Part shown: in pieces, positions 58,887 to 64,000 of the stretch
How positions within the stretch are numbered: the first letter of the stretch is position 1
Layout: every line of letters begins with the position of its first letter
NCBI RefSeq assembly: GCF_009914755.1
Contig: NC_060930.1
Direction: 5' to 3' (one strand)
DNA: 64,000 bases
Source of the DNA: the human T2T-CHM13v2.0 reference genome, Homo sapiens
Made by a program: the position numbers and the translations under genes
Notes under the pieces: generated by a model
Told to the model about the DNA's origin: nothing
Database searches by the model: none
The model's input: only the letters and a program-made list of their open reading frames with translations

Positions 58887-60295
58887 AGGCAAAAGCCAGT
58901 AAAGGGATTTCATAAGTCCTTTGTTTTCTATAAAATATAATTACAACCAACATGAAAATATTCACTCATTGCTTCCAGCCCTCTGCTGAAGATGGAATTC
59001 AATTTTCTGGTTAGCTCTGGGGTTCCCACTATCATGGTTCTTCTGGGAATGAGAAAATCCAGAGGAATTCTGTGCAGCCTATAGTCAAAGTTTATGAAGG
59101 ATACCTGGCAATTGTCCCAAAGGAGAGAGGTAGTTTAATTTCTTTTGTTACTGTCCCTTCAGGGCAGACATTATGGGTTCTAGGTATCAGCCTAACTTAG
59201 TATTAAGACATAGGAAAATTTTTTTAATTCTATGAAATGGATGGAATGTAAGCCAGTATAATTTCTAAACAAAGGGCAGTTTTTATCATGAAATTTATAA
59301 CTATGACATATTTTCTCTCCTGTGGAGATATAGAGCCTATATTTTAAGAAAGAAATTCTTTGAATGGAGCTTTCTTCCCATTGAAAGAACAAATTATTGC
59401 TTGATGATGTCAAAGAGTCTCTGATCATCAGGGTTTTTCTAGGGTTCCTCATTAAAAAGCTTATGAAAATTTTTCAGTAACATTTATTCATTCAGTCATT
59501 CATTTGCTCATCACCTTGGCATGCCCTAAAGAATCTTTGAATTTTCTTTATGTTTTTACACCGTGAATTAAGATACACAGTTATGGACATAGTTATGATA
59601 GCTATCCTTCTTTGCATTTTCTCTAGAGAAATACTGCACATTGATATTTATCTTTCTTTGCCACATAGAGTATCCTTTGTAGTATGTGAATACATCTGGA
59701 TATTACCCTCCTGAAACCTCAAATTTTAGTTGTCTTGCTGTAGATTAGGCTGGTAAATTTGTCCTCATCTTCAATAAATGTGCTAAATCCTTCCTTTAGA
59801 AGATAAACCTTCTAGACTAAACTGTAAACAAATCCTTTTAAAAAAAAATCTCAAATCTTTTCCAGAATAAATCTAAGAATTCATTAAGGTTGTGCCTCAA
59901 ATAAGAAATAAAAATATTACTTGGGTCTACATATATTTCAGCTTCTTCTAAGGAAGCCAATATCAACAAGGTCACATTTCTTTGTTCTTTCCATTGCTAG
60001 TTGAGGAAACAAAAATGAGTAAAAATGCTTAAGATACTCCTCGGAGTGTGCTTTGGGAAAACAACACAATCCATACCACATCCACATTTTGATTGATGTG
60101 CACAACCTGCTTTCATGTCCCTTAATCAGGGCAGTGCCCAGCTCCACCCATCTTTTTCCTCAATAGACAATGGGGTTACTCAAGCCAACTGGTGATTATG
60201 TATACATTTGGGGATTATGCATGCTGTATGTATCTTCAGCTGCTGCTGCTGCTTCAGAAAGGCTGAATATAAGTGATGATAAAATACCAAAGTTG

Positions 60296-63200
60296 GGGAC
60301 AGGGCCAAGATGGCTGACTAGAAGGAGAGGTGATCAGAGGCTCCCATTGAAAAGATCCAAAACAGTGTGTGAATCCTGCAATGGCAACCGAGGTATCCAA
60401 GTTCTGTCACTAGGACTGACTAGGCACCTGAAATGACCCATGGAGAGGAAGGAAGACCAGTGTAGTGAGGTGGCACACCTGAGAGCCACATGGGGCAGGG
60501 GAGCCTCCACCCCAGCCAAGGGAGGCGGTGAGTGAGTGTGCTACCCAGCTTGGGAAACCACACTTTTTCAACGGAACTGTGCAACCCAAGGATTGGAAGA
60601 TCCCACTCGTGAGTCCACGCCACCGGGTCCTTGGGTCCTAACCACAGAGCCATGCAGATTCTCAACAGCCACTGGGCTAGAATTGGCCTAAACCTGCTGA
60701 GTTCCCTGGGGGAGGAGCAGCCATCACCACTGCTGTGTCTGCCTGCTGTCTAAGCCATCTGAGCTCCTTGGGGGAGGGGCAGCAGCCAACCCTGAAGCTG
60801 CAGGGCCTCCATGTAGAAACTCCCACTCCAGCCAGGGTCTCAGGGACAGAACTCTGATCTCCATGGGCTTCAGTCCATAGCGGGAGAGGTGGTTGTAGTC
60901 TCTGCAGACCAACAGACTTGGTCTTTCCTCCTGCTAGCTCTGAGGAATTAAGGCAGCCCAGGTGAGTGGGTTTCCCCACAGTACAGCACACCCCCTTCAC
61001 CAAGAGATAGCCAAAGTGCTTTGTTAAACAGGTCCTGCTTCCTGTGCCACCTAACTGAGTGAGACCTATTGCCAGACATCTTATACAGGAGCGTTCCTAC
61101 TGGCATCAGGTTGATGCCTCTCAAGGTCAGAGATCCCGGAGGAAGGAGCAGGCACCCATCTTTGCTGTTCTCCAGCCTTCTCAAGTGACAGCTCCAGGTG
61201 CAGGAGTGAACCAGATGAATAGGGCCTGAAGTGAATGCCCAGCAAACGCAGCAGCCCAACAGAAGAGGGTCCTGACTATTGAAACAAAAACAAACAGAAA
61301 GCAACAACAGCAGCATCAACAAGAAAAAGTCCTCACAAAAACTTCATCCAAGGGTCAGCAGCCTCAAAGACAAAACTAGACAAACTCATGAGGATGAGAA
61401 AAAATCAACAACAAAAAAATACCCTGAAAACCCAAAACGCCAGAGTACTTCTCCTTCTCCAAATGATTGCAACACCTCTCCAGGAAGGGCACAGAACTGG
61501 ACGGAGGATGAGATGAACGAATTGACAGAGGTAGGCTTCAGAAAGTGGGTAATAACAAACTTTGCTGAGGTAAAGGAGCAGGTTCTAACCCAATGCAAAG
61601 AAGCTAAGAACCTTGGTAAAAGTTTAGAGGAGTTGCTAACTATAATAATCAGTTTAGAGAGGAACATAACCTGATGGAGCTGAAAAACACAGCATGAGAA
61701 CTTCGTGAAGTGTACACAAGTATCAATAGCTGAATCAATCAAGCAGAAGAAAGGATATCAGAGATGGAAGACTATTTTGCTGAAATAAGGCAGGCAGACA
61801 AGAATAGGGAAAAAAGAATGAAAAGGAATGAACAAAACCTCCAAGAAATATGGGACTATGTAAAAAGACCGAACCTACAACTGATTGGAGTACCTGAAAG
61901 AGATGGGGAGAATGGAACCAAGTTGGAAAACACACTGCAGGATATTATCCAGGAGAACTTCCTCAGCCTAGCAAGATAGGCCAACATCAAATTCAGGAAA
62001 TACAGAGAACCCCACTATGATACTCCATGGGAAGATCAACCCCAAGACACATAATCATCAGATTCTCCAATGTCAAAATGACGGAGAAAATGTTAAGGGC
62101 AGCCAGAGAGAAAGGCCAGGTCACCTACAAAGGGAAGCCCATCAGACTAACTGGATCTCTCAGAAGAAATCCTACAAGCCAGAAGAGAGTGGGAGCCAAT
62201 ATTCAACATTCTAAAGGAAAATAATTTTCAGCCCAATATTTTATATCTGGCCAAACTAAGATTCATAAGTGAAGGAGAAATAAAATCCTTTACAGACAAG
62301 CAAGTGCTGAGGGAATTCATCACCACCAAGCCTGCCTTACAAAAGCTCCTGAAGGAAGCACTAAGTACGGAAAGGAAAAACCAGTACCAGCCACTGCAAA
62401 AACACATGAAAATATAAAGACCATGGCACTATGAAGAAACAGCATCAACTATGTGCAAAATAACCAGCTAGCATCATGATGACAGGATCAAATTAAATAA
62501 TAATATTAACCTAACAATATTAATCTTAAATGTATATGTGATAAATGCCCCAATTAAAAGACACAAACTGGCAAATTGGACAAAGAGTCAAGACCCATTG
62601 GTGTGCTGTACTCAGGAGACCCATCTCATGTGCAAAGACACACAGAGACTCAAAATAAAGGGAAGAGATTTACTTGAGAACCAAAAAAATGGAAAGCAGA
62701 AAAAAGCAGGGGTTGCAATCCTAGCCTCTGACAAAACAGACTTTAAACTAACAAGGATCAAAAAAGACAAAGAAAGGCATTACATAATTGTAAAGGGATC
62801 TATTCAAAAGGAAGAGCTAACTATCCTAAATATATATGCACCCAACACAGGAGGACCCAGATTCATAAAACATGGTTTTAGGGACCTACGAAGAGACTTA
62901 GACTCCCACACAATAATAGTGGGAGACTTTAAAACCCCACTGTCAACATTAGACAGATCAACATGACAGAAAATTAACAAGAATATTAAGGACTTGAACT
63001 CAGTCCTGGATCAAGTGGATCTAATAGATATCAACAGAAATCTCCACCTCAACACAACAGAATATACATTCTTCTCAGTACCACATGACACTTACTCTAA
63101 AATCAACCACATAACTGGAAGTAAAACACTCCTCAGCAAATGCAAAAGAACTCAAATCATAACAAACAGTCTCTCAGATCACAGTGCAATCAGATTAGAA

Positions 63201-64000
63201 CTCAGGATTAAGAAACTCACTCAAAACCACACAACTACATGGAAATTGAACAACCTGCTCCTGAATGACTCCTGGGTAAATCATGAAACTAAGGCAGAAA
63301 TCAAGAAGTTCTTTGAAACCAATGAGATCAAAGGGACAATGTACCGGAATCTCTGGGGCACAGCTAAAGTAGTGTTAAGAGGGAAATTTATAACACGAAA
63401 TGCCCACATTAGAAAGCTGGGAAGATCTCAAATAGATACTGTGACATTGCAATTAAAAGAGCTAGAGAAGCAAGAGCAAACAAACCCCAAAGCTAGCAGG
63501 AGACAAGAAATAACTAAGATCAGAGTGGAACTGAAGGAGTTAGATACACAAAAAAAACCCTTCAAAAAATCAATGAATCCAGGAACCGTTTTTTCTAAAA
63601 AAATTAATAAAATAGATAGTCTACTAGCTAGACTAATAAAAAAGAGAAGAGTAAAGAATCAAATAGACACAATAAAAAATGATAAAGGGGATATCACCAC
63701 TGACCCCACAAGGATACTATGCCATAAGAGAATGCTATAAATACCTCTATGCAAATAAACTAGAAAATCTAGAAGAAAGGGATAAATTCCTGAACATACA
63801 CCCTCCCAAGACTAAACCAGGAAGAAGTCGAATCCCTGAATAAACGAATAACAAGTTCTGGAATTGAGGCACTAATAAATAGCCTACAACCAAAAAAAGC
63901 CCAGGACAAGATGGATTCACAGCTGAATTCTACCAGCTGTACAAAGAGGAGCTGGTACCATTTTTTTAGAAACTATTCCAAACAATTGAAAAGGAGGAAC
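60296..64000 (+). mobile_element. 5' part of an older full-length L1PA (about L1PA10-12), decayed; runs off the window
   Basis: Starts gggccaagatggctgactagaag with a 5'UTR unlike L1HS; fragmented ORF1 (about 61390-62420) and ORF2 EN (ORFs 62538..62966 and 62994..63740). Confidence 0.85.

Overview
Human genomic DNA (it carries a human-specific L1HS). The window is AT-rich and largely made of nested transposable elements, and no host protein-coding gene is recognisable. The main feature is a full-length pre-Ta L1HS (51948-58022, +) with open ORF0, ORF1 and ORF2 and a perfect 15-bp TSD. It sits head-to-head, 717 bp from a full-length decayed L1PA5-like element (45055-51230, -). Other content: an ancient ERVL provirus (gag/pol/dUTPase relics, 1-14500, -) interrupted by MaLR LTRs, an Alu and L1s; three twin-primed (5'-inverted) L1s; a full-length Tigger2; THE1/MLT1 LTRs; Alus; MER DNA transposons; L2 and MIR. 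The most unusual observations are: (1) a nearly full-length 5S rRNA copy joined in inverted orientation to the 5' truncation point of an L1PA7, suggesting twin priming on two different RNAs; (2) two L1 copies 15.6 kb apart that share several non-consensus changes, including two frameshifts; (3) the divergent L1 pair, whose antisense promoters would produce fold-back RNA; (4) ORF1 T213I in the otherwise intact L1HS. Subfamily names come from recalled diagnostic positions, not from a RepeatMasker run. Boundaries of old elements are approximate.
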